Source: Camelus ferus (lineage: Eukaryota). From it: a stretch of DNA of 64,000 nt. Of the stretch, positions 40,122 to 52,829 are shown in pieces. Location of the stretch: positions 112,284,001-112,348,000 of the forward strand of contig NC_045696.1 in assembly GCF_009834535.1 (NCBI RefSeq). Reading direction: 5' to 3'. A program made the position numbers and the translations under genes. The notes below the pieces were generated by a model. It was not told where the DNA came from, made no database searches, and saw only the letters and a list, made by a program, of their open reading frames with translations. The stretch's first letter is position 1. Every line of letters starts with the position of its first letter.

Positions 40122-42132
40122 ACATACACACGCACACAAACACATACACACACACACACATACACATATACATACCACATCTTTATCCACTCATCTGTTG
40201 ATGGACACTTAGGTTGCTTCTATATCTTTGCTCTTATGAATAATGCTGCTATGAACACTGGGGTACATGCATCTTTTTGAATTATTGTTTTAATTTTCTT
40301 TGGATAAATACCAGGAGTGCAACTGCTAGATCATATGGTAGTTCTTTTTTAATTGTTTGAGGCCTCCACACTATTTGCCATAGTGGCTGCACCAATTTAC
40401 ATTCCCACCAATAGCACAGGGAAGTTCTCTTTTCTCCTCACCAACAGTTGTTGTTTCTTATTTTTTTGAGAATAGCCATTCATGTAGGTGTGAGATGTAT
40501 TTTTGATTTGCATTTCCCTGCTGATCAGTTATGCTTAGCATATTTTCATGTGCCTGTGTCCATCTGTATGTCTTCTTTGGAAAAATGCCAATATTCAGAT
40601 CCTCTGCCCATTTTTTAATTGGATTATTGGTTTTTTTGCTTTTGAGTTGTATGAGTTCTTTGTATATTTGTCTATTAATCCTTCATTTGCAAATATTTTC
40701 TCCCATTTAGTAAGATGACTTTTCATTTTGTTGATGGTTTCCTTTGCTGTGCAAAAGCTTTTAAGTTTGATTGGATTCCATATTTTCATTTTTGCTTCTG
40801 ATTCCCTTTGGATATGCCTCAGGAGGCATAACCAAAAAATACTGCTAGGACCAATGTCAAAGAGTGTTCTGCCTATGTTCTCTTCTAGAAGTTTTATAAC
40901 TTCAGGTCTTACATTTAGGTCTTCAATGCATTTTGAGTTTGTTTTTGTGTACAGCATGAGAAATTGTGCTAGTTTTATTCTTTTACATATAGCCGTCCAG
41001 TTTTCCCAGCACCACTTATTGAAGAGACTGTCTTTTCCCCATTGTATATTATTGCCTTTTTGGTTGTAAGTTAATCGACCACATGCACATGGTTTTATTC
41101 CTGAGCTCTCTATTCTTTTCCATTGATCTATGTGTCTGGTTTTGGATCAGTACCGTACTGTTTTGATGACTGTAGCTTCATAGCATCGTCTGAAGCCAGG
41201 AAGTATGATACCTCTAGCTTTGTTCTTTTTTCTTAAGATACGTTGGATATTCAGGGTCTTTTGTGGTTCCAGACAAATTTTAGGATAATTTGTTCAACAT
41301 ACCTCAATGTAATGAACGCCATGTATGACAAACCCACGGCTAATATCATACTCAATGGTGAAAAGCTTTCAGTTTTTCTTTTAAAATCAGGAACAGGATG
41401 AGAATGCCCACTCTCATTACTTCTATTCAGCATAGTATTGAAATTCCTAGCCATGGCAATTAGGCAAGACAAAGAAATAAGAGGCATCCAAACACTGTAA
41501 ACTGACTATACTTCAATTAAAAAATATACAAAAAAAGAATATGAAAATATATGTATGCCCATGTATGACTAAAGCATTATGCTGTACACCAGGAATTGAC
41601 AAAACATTATAAACTGACTATACTTCAATAAAAGTATATATAAATAAAAAAAGAGGCATCCAAACTGGAAGGGAAGAAGTAAAACTATTTGCAGATGACA
41701 TGATACTATATACAGAAAACCCTAAAGACTCCACCAAACAAACAAACAACAGCAAAAACAACCTAACAGAACTAAAAATGAATTCAGTAAAGTTGCAGGA
41801 TACAAGATTGATATACACAAATCTGTTGCATTTCTAAACACTAATAATGAACTATCAGAAAGAGAAATCAAGAAAACAATCTCATTTACAATTGAATAAA
41901 AAAGAATGAAATACTTGGAATAAATGTAACCAAGGAGGTGAAAGGCCTATACTCTGAAAACTGTAAGACACCGATGGAAGGAAATTGAAGATGATGCAAC
42001 TAAATAGAAAAATGTCCCACGTTCATGGATTGGAAGAATTAATATTGTTAAAATGTCCATACTAACCAAAACAACCTACAGATTTAATGTAATCTCTGTC
42101 AACATACTCCAAACATTTTTCACAGAAATCAG
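39644..42132 (-). mobile_element. 5'-inverted (twin-primed) L1: minus-strand 3' part ~39644-41295 and plus-strand inverted part ~41296-42132
   Basis: ORF2 remnants on both strands; 9-bp flanking repeat GTTATCTTT at 39635-39643 and 42133-42141; (TA)n(CA)n at ~40073-40150. Confidence 0.88.
41494..41650 (+). mobile_element. Short younger L1 3'-terminal insertion nested in the inverted L1
   Basis: 15-bp TSD AAGAGGCATCCAAAC at 41479-41493 and 41651-41665 interrupts otherwise continuous ORF2 sequence. Confidence 0.9.
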
Positions 42133-43573
42133 GTTATCTTTAGTGTTAAGGACAGCATTCCAATTTTTGTGAGGCCTGCGTCTTAACTATTCAGCTGTTT
42201 TGTATTTGCCCTCCTCTCTTCTGTACAATAAAAACTCAAATTGTATATCTAGATCTTAGACCCCAGAAGAATCTCACTAGACCAGTACTTAACTCTTCCC
42301 TTTTTGGTAGGATTAAGTGGCCAGTCTTCTGCTGACTGTGATAAGTGACTATTGATATAATGTCAACTTGCATGTTGAGATTAAGACCAATACAATGTTA
42401 TCACGTAGGATTTCTAAGTGTCTATTCGTGCAAGGCACAGCACTAGAAAAGTGCTAAAGGAAGAGACACATTTGAGGTCCTTAGGCCCTTGAAGTTTATA
42501 ATAATATGGAGATTAAAAATACATAGTTACTTTGCCGTAATCTTAGTATGTATGCATATCCACTGTCACGACAATAAATTCATTGCATATTTATTCTTTT
42601 GGGGAAAAAGGAAAATTCATGTAACAAAAGTCATAATACAGTCCTCAAAGTAGTGAACTTAAATAATGTGTTTAATATTTATTAATATCTGAATATTATA
42701 ATATGCTCATAACTTTTAGGGGATATATCTACCACAGAAAGGAAGGCCTAGTTGTCAATGTATTTTTAACAAATATATACACTTGTCTTTACAAAATCAA
42801 GGCCACAAAAGAGCAAGAATTTTCAAGGCACATTGGGTTATTCAGATTGGACAGAACAATGAAACGATCACATGATTTCCACCTTAATGAGGAATGGAGA
42901 CTGTCAGAGCTGCTCCAGGACATCTGGGCACTGCACACATGGCTTACTTGTGCCCACTCTAGGTCTGCTAGGGTACTGGCACTAATATTGGTCTCCCCAC
43001 TTAAATGAACCAGGTTAAGGCACCTTAGGTGTTCTTGCGATGGCAAGCAGGTGCTCAACTTCCAGTGGGCTCCAGAAGGCATGACCTCATTCTCATCAGT
43101 TTCTCAGCTGAGACAGGACCTTGTCACTGGTCAACTCCCCGTCTACTCCCCAGCACCTTCGGGCTGAGGCCCAGATTCTCTAGCTAGCTCTTACCAGCTG
43201 CCTTCTCCTCAATGGCTGGATCTTATCCCCATGCCTCTAGCTTTGTGCTTGTGTCAATCTGGAGAGGCAATCTGAAACTATCACCACGCAGCCCTGACCT
43301 CCCTCTGTCTGCAGTCATTATAGCCTGGGCCATACTCCATTCATGCTGAGCCCTCTTAGAGAGGGATCAGTGCCCATTTTTGGACACTGTGGGTCATACT
43401 GTTAGCTTCCTTGAGAAAAAGCTCTATGGCCAGATGAGTTACCATAGCGCAGGTCTTCTCCTGTCCAGTATTCTTTTCATTTCATGCTACCTTTACCTCC
43501 AGGTCAAAAGGAACATCGTAGCTATATTCAGTAGAATAGAGCTTTCCAGTTGGTTTTCTAAAATTGAGTTAGA

Positions 43574-43735
43574 TAACAGATACATATTACTATATATAAA
43601 ATAGGTAAACAACAAGAGCCTGCTATGTAGCATAGGGAATTGTATTCAATTTCTTATAATATAGAATGGAAACAAATCTGAAATTAACACTGTAAATCAA
43701 CTACACTTCAATAAAAAAATAAAAAATAAATAAAA
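43574..43735 (+). mobile_element. Short young L1 3' end
   Basis: TACTATATATAAAATAGGTAAACAACAAG..CTGTAAATCAACTACACTTCAATAAAA; TSD TAAAATTG(A/G)GTTAGA at 43559-43573 and 43736-43750. Confidence 0.85.
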
Positions 43736-44169
43736 TAAAATTGGGTTAGAAATGTGCCTGTGTCTTTGATCCTCTCAGCCTGCAGTGGGTGGGCAGGGTC
43801 TGATGGTGGGTTAAGTAGAACTAAGACCTTGACTCAATGCATTCATCCATTAGCAGACTCCTTAGTTTGCTGCCACGGGCCATGCAAATGTTGCTAACAC
43901 ATGTGTAGCATAATGTGGAAGAAGGTTGGGAAGCACTATATTAGACTTCTGATACTACAGAAAAAAGATTAAATAAACAAATATATTTTTTGCAGGTGTG
44001 GAAGAATGCCTAATTTTTTTAAACTAGATTTGATTGGACTGTAAATCCCTGTACTTCCTGATACTAGTGAATTCAGTCTATTGTTATGAGAGTTTATCCT
44101 TCTTCCAGGGTTATACAAATGACCTGGGGTATCATGCAATCAAACTTTGGGGGGTGGGTTCCGAGAGAA

Positions 44170-44855
44170 GAGATAGACAATAACAAGTGTTGACGAGGAT
44201 ATGTAGAAATTGGAAAACTTCAACACTGCTGGTGAGAATATTAATTGGTGTAGCCACTTTGCAAAACAGTTTGATAGCTCTTCAAAAGGCTAAACAGGGC
44301 TAACATATGACCCCAGAATTCCACTCCTGGGTCTATACACAAGAGAACTGAAAACATATGTCTCAGTAAAAACATGTGCACAAATATTCATAGCAGCATT
44401 ATTCCTAACAGCCAAAAAGTGGAAACAACCCAAGGGTCCATCAATTGATGAATGGATAAACAGTAAGTGGTCTATCCATACAATGGAATATGATTTGGTC
44501 ATAAAAAGAAATGAAGGATTGGTACATACTACACATGGAGGAATCTTGAAAACATTTTGCTAAGAGATAGATCAGACTTACAAGGCTACATATTATATGA
44601 TTCCATTTATATGAAATGTCCAGAATATGAAAATCCTTAGACAGAGAGTAGATTGGTGGTTGCCAGGGGCTGGGAGAGAGAGGACTAGGGAATAACTCTT
44701 AACGGGTATGGAGTTTCTTTTCAGAGTGATGAAAATGCTCTGGAATTAGTGATGATGGTGAAACAACTTAGTGACTATATCAAGAATCACTGAATTATAC
44801 AACTTAAAAGGGTAGATTTATGTTTTGTGAATTACATCCTGATAATTAAAAAAGA
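44170..44855 (+). mobile_element. L1MB-type 3' fragment
   Basis: AACAAGTGTTGACGAGGAT..CATATGACCCCAGAATTCCACTCCT..GTGATGAAAATGCTCTGGAATTAG are older L1MB 3' motifs. Confidence 0.85.
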
Positions 44856-45362
44856 GAAATAGGTACATAAATAAACTTATCAACCAACCAACCAACCAGG
44901 TTCTGCTGGTACATGCCCAAGGTTTGAGCCCAGGTTGACCTGTATGTCTAGCTTTCTTGGCTTCTGTGCCCTGGACGCAGGGTCTAGCCTCTGCAGGGCA
45001 CCCTGTAGCCATTTCTCTTGGAAGTCTCTCCCCTCCTGGGGGCTGTGTCAGATCAAGTCTGGGTCCTAACCACTCACAGGCCTTGGACTCTTGTCCTCTA
45101 CTTATATTTAGAGAGTGTCCTTCTCTCCTTCTTTGCCTCTTACGCATTTTCTTAAATTCATTATTTTTAATATTCTTACCTATTTTTACTGGAAAGGATT
45201 TTGTTGATAAATTTACATTTGCTGCTTAAAATTTCAACATTTTGGGGAAAAAAAAAGAAGTGGCCCAGATATTTACACATGAAACTAACTCTGCAAAAAG
45301 CATGCAAAAGACTACGGACTAAGAAAAGTGGACCTGGGAAAGGACAGGAGAGAGTGAGGCGA

Positions 45363-45946
45363 TGAAGGAGGATTAATAAAGTGGCCACATTTAGGCTAAC
45401 AGATTGCTTGTTCTATGCTTGCCCTTAAAACGGTCAACTGACCTAACTGACCAGTTGCTACTCACAGCTCCAGGCCCGTTGTTAAAACTATAAAGCTATT
45501 AATTGGACTGTTTCTGCTTTATTCCAGTAAGTGAAAGTAATAATCATACTTGGTTTCTGAGTTGATCTCCAGGGAGAAGGTCACAGAACTGTAACCTTAT
45601 GAAGTAGGCTAAATACCAGGAAGACCACACCTTGGGCGCTTACGAACGAGATAAAGAGATTGAAAAAGTGACAACTTCTAGCTTCTACAGAATTGGTGGC
45701 CTGGAGGCATCATGACGCCACTCTAAGTCTTACAAGAGAAGGTGGTTCTGTTGATTGTTTATTGTTTGAACTATGTAATCAGCCTACCCTTTCCTGTAGG
45801 TGGGTTCACAGTGTTGAAGGCACTAGTCTGCGGTGAGTCCCCTTTACCCAGTAAAATAATAAAGCTGTCTCTTTTCTTCTAAGCTCTAAGACCCTGTCTG
45901 GGAGTTATTTGGCTCACTGGGGACAGGGTCCCATCTTTTGGCAACA
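45363..45946 (+). mobile_element. ERV1-class solo LTR, copy 1
   Basis: TG...CA termini, AATAAAGCTGTCTC poly(A) signal, near-TSD GCGA/GAGA; homologous end to end with 47164-47750. Confidence 0.85.
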
Positions 45947-46043
45947 GAGAGGTTGACATTTTTGAGCCAGGGGACCATGAGGGAAGTCCAGAGAAGCAGG
46001 AGCGATGCTGACCTCTAGTCCTGCATTACCGTGGAGAGGACAC

Positions 46044-46415
46044 TGACTTAGTCAGCTTGGGATGCTAAAACAAAACACCATACACTGGTAGTTAAGAAAC
46101 AGCAGAATTATATTTCTCACTGTTCTCGGGGCTAGAAGGTCCAGCATCAAGGTGCCAGCATGGTCCTGTTCCAGGCAGGGCCCTCCTCTTCCTGGCTCAC
46201 AGCTTGTGCTTCTGGCTGTGTCCTCTCGCAATGGGGACGCAAACTAGACCTCTGGGGTCTCTGTTATAAGGGCACTAATCCCAGACATGAGGGCTCTGCC
46301 CTTGTGTCCCAGTCGCCTCTCAAAGGCCCCACCTTCTAATGCCATTACATCAGGGGTTAGAATTTCAACCTATGAATCTGGCGGGGCGGGGAACACAACC
46401 ACTGACATCATGGAA
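46044..46415 (-). mobile_element. MaLR LTR (MLT1A-like)
   Basis: TTAGTCAGCTTGGGATGCTAAAAC..TTATAAGGGCACTAATCCC..CAAAGGCCCCACC..TAGAATTTCAACCTATGAAT. Confidence 0.85.
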
Positions 46416-46448
46416 GACATGGAGGTAGAATGGCTCCCTTGAGCCAGC

Positions 46449-46940
46449 TGTGGTGGACTGAGTAATGGCCCCCAGAGGAATCTAGGTCCTAATCCCTAGA
46501 ACCTGGGAATATTACACTGGAAAAGGAACTTTGCAGATGGGATTAAAGTTAAGGATCTTCAAGACGAGAAGGTTTTTCTGGGTTATCTGGCAGCCCGATG
46601 GAATCATAGGGTTCCTTATGAAAGGAAGGCAGTGGAGATTTAATTACTGAAGAGAAGAAGGGATAATACTGACGGTGGAAGCAGATTTGGAGAGACATGT
46701 TAGGAAGGTGGAGGAGGGGCCGAAAGCCAAGGAAGATAGGCGGTCACTAGAAGCTAAAAAGTGCAAGGAAACAGATTCCTTCCTCAGAACCTCCAGAAGG
46801 AAGTAACCCTGTTGACACCTTGGTTTTAGCCCATGAAACTGATTCTGGACTTGCGACCTCCAGAGCTGTAAGAGAATACTTCTGTGTGGTTTTAAAACCT
46901 CCAAGTTTGTGGGCATTTGTTATACTGACCAGAGGAAACC
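46449..46940 (+). mobile_element. MaLR LTR (MLT1D-like)
   Basis: TGTGGTGGACTGAGTAATGGCCCCC..CTAATCCCTAGAACCTG..GACCTCCAGAGCTGTAAGAGAATAC. Confidence 0.85.
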
Positions 46941-47163
46941 AACGCATCAGCCCGCTCTGAGCCTGGAAGTATCTGGTCAAGAACACAAACCACAAGCACT
47001 GATACATTACTTATCCTGGAACCAGCAACCTGTTTGTCAAAGTGGAATCTTCCCTGTGGCGGAAAAACCCAGCGTGTGGTGCTGGTGCCAGTTCTGGAGA
47101 AGACGTGAGCTCTGGGAGAGGCCAGGGCTCAGAGCAGAGTCAGGAGAGGCAAGGGTGTGGTTT

Positions 47164-47750
47164 TGAGGGAGGATTAATAAAGGGGCCACACTTAGGCTAA
47201 CAGATTGCTTAGTCTTATGCTCGCCCTTAAAACAGTCAACTGACCTGACTGACTGGTTGCTACTCACAGCTCCAGGCCCATAGTTAATATAAAGCTATTA
47301 ATTTTTTGCTTTATTCCAGTAATCAAAAGTAATAATTATGCTTGGTCTCTGAGTTGATCTCCAGGAAGAAGGTCATAGAACTGTAACCTTACAGAATAGC
47401 GCGAATTACCAAGAAGACCACGCCTTGGGTGCTTTTAAGATAAAGAGAGAGAGCCACAACCACTAGCCTCTACAGACTCAGTCACCTGGAGACACCGTGA
47501 CGCCACTCTGAGTCTTATGAGAAGAAAATGATTCTGTTGATTGTTATTGATGGGTTTTTTTGGTTTGAGCTATGGCTACATAATCACCCTACCCCCCCTT
47601 CAAGGTGGGTTCACAGTTTTGAAGGCACCAGCCTGCTGTGAGCCCCCTTTGCCCCGCAAAGCAATAAAGCTGTCTCTTTCTTCTAAGCTCTAAGACCCTG
47701 TCTCCGAGTTATTTGGCTAATCAGGGACGGGGGCTGATCTTCTGGCAACA
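47164..47750 (+). mobile_element. ERV1-class solo LTR, copy 2
   Basis: TG...CA termini, AATAAAGCTGTCTC, near-TSD GTTT/GTAT; homologous to 45363-45946. Confidence 0.85.
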
Positions 47751-48082
47751 GTATCTTTGTTGGGAGTGTACAGTCACTCCTGGGCACCTGTTTAAAATGC
47801 TTATTTGACTGTTTCACCTTTCTGCCACATCATGTAAAAAATCGTGCACTGTCACTTACTTATCTGCAGCCTCAGAGCATCCGTGAAAATGGCCAGAGTC
47901 TGGACATACATGACAGAGCTATTTAATCTAAATGGACAGTATGGAGGCAAGTAAAGGGAAGAGTAAGAGGGTTCACACACACATGTGCGTGTCTGTCTAT
48001 CTATAGAGAGAGTCTGGAACAAAAGGGGGAAATTTCAGTGTTTTATTTACTATTTTTAACTAAGAATTTCTATCACTCTCTT

Positions 48083-48220
48083 TTTTTAGTGGGGGTAAGT
48101 AATTTGGTTTGTTTGTTTGTTTGTTTATTTATTTTTAATGGAGGTACTGGGGACTGAACCCAGGACCTCATGTGTGCTAAGCATGTGCTCTACCACTGAG
48201 CTCTACCCTCCCTACCTCCC
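48083..48220 (-). mobile_element. Camelid tRNA-derived SINE (Vic-1-like)
   Basis: Minus strand GGGAGGGTAGAGCTCAGTGGTAGAGCACATGCTTAGCACACATGAGGTCCTGGGTTCAGTCCCCAGTACCTCC (Pol III A/B boxes) with A-rich tail; 20-bp TSD AGAATTTC(T/C)ATCACTCTCTT at 48063-48082 and 48221-48240. Confidence 0.88.
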
Positions 48221-48817
48221 AGAATTTCCATCACTCTCTTAATTACCTTATCTATGGTTCTCAAGAGACTTGGGACCAGAAGAAAGAAAAAGTGGTAACA
48301 TCTTTCTTGCAAATAAAGACATGTCTGAAATACCTCCTTTTATTCTTTGGGGAGGGGGAAAAAAGATATTACCTAGAAGAGGAAGGAAATAGTTAACCTC
48401 ACCTGAACACTGAAGTTCGGTCTCACATGAGGGAATGGCTTATTTCCTTCCTAAGTCATTCCAAGGCTTTCTTCTCCCTAAGGTTGGCAGTTTTGTTGCA
48501 TGGCCACCAATCGCATTACAGGATCCCCTCCCTGCCTCTCCATCCATTTCTCAGAAAAACCCATAAGTGATGGTGGGCAGATGAAAACCAAACAGATCCT
48601 GAAACTGCTTTGTTGACCTCATCTGAATGGAACCATGTGGATAAAATGCAAAACCAGTGTAAGAAGTCTACCAGAATGTACCTCCAAGTGGCACTTTTCC
48701 TTCAAGGCAGTCATAATAAGTAATTCAGCAACTTATTCAAATTATGCTGCTATTATTTCAGACATTTTTGGAACACCTTTTGAGGGGCGAACACAACTAG
48801 AGGTAATGCGGCAGAGA

Positions 48818-49215
48818 CGCTGCTATGTTCTTGCCAAATCCCATTTCTTTCTCCTTCTAGTCACACAACCAGACACTATTCCCTATCACCCCCTGCCACT
48901 CAGTGAGGGCATGAGACTGAGCTCTGGCCTATGCAGTGGGGGTGGGTGTGATGTGTGCCACCTCTGGGCCTGGTTCCCAAACCTCCTTCACGTTCTCTTT
49001 TTCCTCTCAATTGCTGGCTGGATGCAGAAGGTCCAGTAAGAACACTGACAACCTAGGAGATAGCAGAGCGGCCACGTGGCAGGAGCCTGGGTCCCTGAAT
49101 GGCTGTGTGGAGCCGACCTATTGACCTGCACTGGGTTGTGACATTAGTAAGAGGTACACTGGCATTGTATTAAGGCACTGACATTTGGAAGTGTACGTGA
49201 TAGCTAGACTGGCTT
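48818..49215 (+). mobile_element. Old MaLR LTR (MLT1I/J-like)
   Basis: CATGAGACTGAGCTCTGGCC..GTGATGTGTGCCACCTCTGGGCC..GGAGCCTGGGTCCCTGAATGGCTGTGTGGAGC. Confidence 0.7.
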
Positions 49216-50375
49216 ACAAAGTCACTGATTATATAAAAATAATTACTTCATGACTTTATATTTACACTTCCATTTTTATTTCCAAATCTTCCCTGTCCCT
49301 ATTGACTAGACTTTCTTCTGAAATTATATATTGTTTTCTCCTTTTTCGGTTTTACTATGTGTAATTATTACAGTCTAATGGCACATACACATTATATTGC
49401 ATGTAAATACATATATACAGTATACTGCACATATTTTTTAGTTTACATATAGGTACTAATTATTGTGTCTAAGAACAGATTCTTATTTTGTAGTTGGCTT
49501 TATTCCTTTGATAACTATGTAAGTTTAAAAAGCTAAAGATCTAATCTGAAATTACATTTTTTAAACAAATCTATCCCAAGAATGAAAAGTGGACACCTTC
49601 TTAAGTAAACTAATGCTCAATACAAAGGCAATTAAAAAGAAGAAGAATTCCAGACACTTTGATCGTCAATAGCACTGTTCAAGTAGGTCCACAGCTTCTC
49701 CAAGGAACACCTTTGAAACCTATCACCCTCATCTGAATACATATGAGAGTTTATTAGAGATTGTAACATAGTAAGAATTCAAGCCATGGGATCATCATAA
49801 AAGGATATTTAAAAATTATTACTATTTTAATAATCACAGCATTCTAACAATCGAAGCATGATTTATTTGGCTTTATGTGTGGTACAAATTGATGGTGTGC
49901 GCTCCCAGGTGAAATTATGGTGGCCTCGTCCCCAGGATAAAGTTAGGAGAAGGGAGGTTTGTAAGAAAATATAATAATATTATCTTGCTAGTTTGGTGAT
50001 GTATGAGCTGTAATGTTTCTTAGTTGTTTATATGTTTAGGGAGAAAATTAAATTTAAAGTGTTTAACTTCAGTTACCCAAATATCATAACATAAATTTAA
50101 AGCCTTTAACTTCAGTTATACAAATATTATGTACTTTCATATTCTGTTAAAATATCACTTATCAACTGTTACATTCTTTCCAAGTCAAGACAGTCACATT
50201 TTGGAAAAGTTTTTAATTCAGAATGTGCCAAATTAGAGACATTCTGGATAAACAAGAGTCTGCTGCATTGTTTGATGAAAACAGGTAGGTTCACTGCTTT
50301 GTGAATTCAAATCTTGCAAATATGCAAGTGAACCTTATTCTAGGAAACAAATGAAAATAAAGCTGATGTTAGAGG

Positions 50376-50873
50376 TGTGAACGAAAAATACTGCAAACCG
50401 TATCAGTAAACAAACAATGCTGAAGCCATCAAGTCAGCAGCGGCTGCAGCCACCCCCCAGTGAAGACAAGCCTGCAGCCCGGCCTCTGCAGCCACTCACA
50501 GTGGTGCACCCTGAGGGGACTCAGAATAAGAAAGGACAGGATACTGGCCCTAGATAGGTAGGTGCTTGTCAAAGGAATGAATTCAAGGAGCCCAAATGTT
50601 TGCTTCCTCCCATACATAGAAAAGCACTAAATTCTTTAACTTGAGATGCCTGGTTTTCTTTAGTTAACAAGGAATCCTTTAATGTTCCAACTACCTGGTC
50701 TTTGTTGTAAAGCTCCTATATATCCTAGCTCCTCCCCTACCTCTTCGGAGCAGTCCCTCAGAGCCATCTGAGAGGCTGTCATCCTGGGCTCCAAGGGGAT
50801 CGAGTCCTCAGAAATGTCCGCCAAATAAAGCATAACTCTCAACTTTTAGGCTGTGCATTTATTTCAGTCGACA
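50376..50873 (+). mobile_element. ERV1-class solo LTR (cetartiodactyl MER41-related; family assignment tentative)
   Basis: TG...CA termini with perfect 4-bp TSD GAGG (50372-50375, 50874-50877); TATA-like CCTATATA and AATAAA near the 3' end. Confidence 0.85.
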
Positions 50874-51104
50874 GAGGCAAAGGGTGAAGTCTTAAAGGTC
50901 ACTAAGCCTCAGTTTCCTGGTTTATAAAATGAGGATGGTAACAGTACTTAGCTCACACATTTGTGACAAGTTAAATGTAAGTAGAGCCCTTACAACTGTG
51001 CCTGCACCTCGGAAGCACTAGTAATTCTTAATATTGTTGAGCCCATGAAAATACCCGTTAACTTGAAGCCTATTTGATCGATTGATTAAGACGGAACAGA
51101 ACAA

Positions 51105-52193
51105 AACACTTTTTTCTTCATATTTATTTTTAGCAAATACTCTTTTTTCTTCTAGATTATTTATCCAGAGCATCTGCTTATATCAGATGTATGTTTAAAT
51201 ACACATGCACACACGTTCTTTTTTTAAAGTCAAATTTCTTGACATAAAAGTCAATTTAGGGAACTTCTTAAGGAAACGACAAATGTACGAAAATGGTCAT
51301 TATTTCCTACTGACTGATTTTACAAGCCCCTGCGACAGTCCGTAGACAGACCGGCTGCAGCATTTCTGCCAGCCAGCGGGTCAGGGGTTTAGCTGGAAGA
51401 CCTGCCACATTCTTAACTATTGTGTCACTGCAGCAATCTGTGGGAGACAGCACCTCTTTTACTCCTGCTCGCATTAAGACTTATCCTGTTTTTCTATTGC
51501 TTAAACTCTATTTTCAGGAGGAAAAAAAAAAAAAATTCAGCCTAAAAATTCCTCTAGGCCAAAACACAGCCTTGGGCATCTTATGCTAAGAAGGGCTAGA
51601 AAAATCTGGCTCAGGCATTTTTCTGAATCTGTTGCAGGGATGAGAGCATCTCCATTTAGACTCTGTGTGTATTTTTTACAACTGTTTAATTCTCTCTTTG
51701 TGGACAAGCACTTAAAAATCAAAATGAAAAATTAAGTCAAAACTCCAAATGCCTTTTTTTTCCCCAATTGCTGTAAGAATCTGTGTAATTGGAGGGAGTC
51801 ACTTAAAATGAAGGAAGATGAACAGCGAGAAAGCTCTCACTGCTGCTGTGAATGAATGGCCACATTTCCATGACATTTTACGGCATCCACTCAAACAGAT
51901 GGGATTCCAGGGCTAACTGGCCTCTGTTGAGATGAATGAGATTCCACAACTATTAGCACATTGGCATAGAAATGGGCCGGATTCGGGCGCAGAGGCATTC
52001 TTACAGAAACAAAGACGATCACAAAGCTCTCCTGTCTCCAGTGCCCATCAATGCGGACCCATTCGTTACTGAATCCCATTCATTCAAGCTACGGCTACAT
52101 TCAATATCATATGATGCTCTTCAGGCACTGCACGGAAAGCCTGAGGATCTGATCGGCTATTCACTACGATGGATGCTCATGTGGCTGGTCTGG
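51105..52193 (-). other. Candidate 3'-terminal exon (short coding tail plus 3'UTR) of an unidentified minus-strand gene
   Basis: Acceptor TGCTGTTTGTTCTTCTGTAG|CCAGAC at 52194; stops in all three phases within 37 nt; repeat-free ~1.1 kb; AATAAA (plus-strand TTTATT 51123-51128) followed by GU-rich GTGTTTTGTTCTGTTCC. Confidence 0.55.
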
Positions 52194-52829
52194 CTACAGA
52201 AGAACAAACAGCATTCTCACAAGTGGTGACACAAGTCAAGAAAAAAACAAAAAGCACCAAGCAAAAAGCAAACACTCAGTGGAAAAAGCAGACTCACTGA
52301 TAAGCAAATGGACTAAGGCCTCCTGTGTTGGCAAAGGTCAGCCAAGACATTGAAATTCAATGAAGGGGGTTTTAAGTTAAGGAAAACAGGCAAGCACCAG
52401 GGAACCGATCATGTAAAAAGCCGGAGGACCCGCGCCCCCTTTCCTATAGAAAGGAGCCAGCATGGGGCATGCTTTGCAGATGGGCTGGGGCAGCACACAG
52501 CCCGTCCAGCACATCTGGCACACAGGTGTACGGCCTTGTATTCCTAAGCCAGGCATCAACAGTCATGTGCAGAGTCCTATTGCTATTTGGGGTGGAAAAC
52601 AAGAGAAATTATAGCTGAGAGATCATAATGCTTTCCCCCCCACCAAAAAAAAAAAGCCTAGGAGCCCCTGCCAAAACAGTCTTCCTCTAGCAGATTATAT
52701 TTTTAATCCACCTACTTAATTAACTAGCTCCTCAGTGGATCAAATGATATTAGTGAGTTAGAGTGATATTGCCATTGGAGCGGCCATTTAATTCTGGCAA
52801 CTCGGAAGCAAATTATTTCATAAATGGCT

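Noticed and set aside
45363..47750. Intact or deleted provirus
   Set aside because: Separate TSDs, diverged LTRs, and an interval made of older MaLR elements with no retroviral coding remnants
48130..48215. tRNA gene
   Set aside because: A/B boxes are present, but the A-rich tail and 20-bp TSD identify it as a SINE
50287..50335. AGGTTCACT/AGTGAACCT inverted repeat as a pre-miRNA
   Set aside because: Only a 9-bp stem with poor internal pairing
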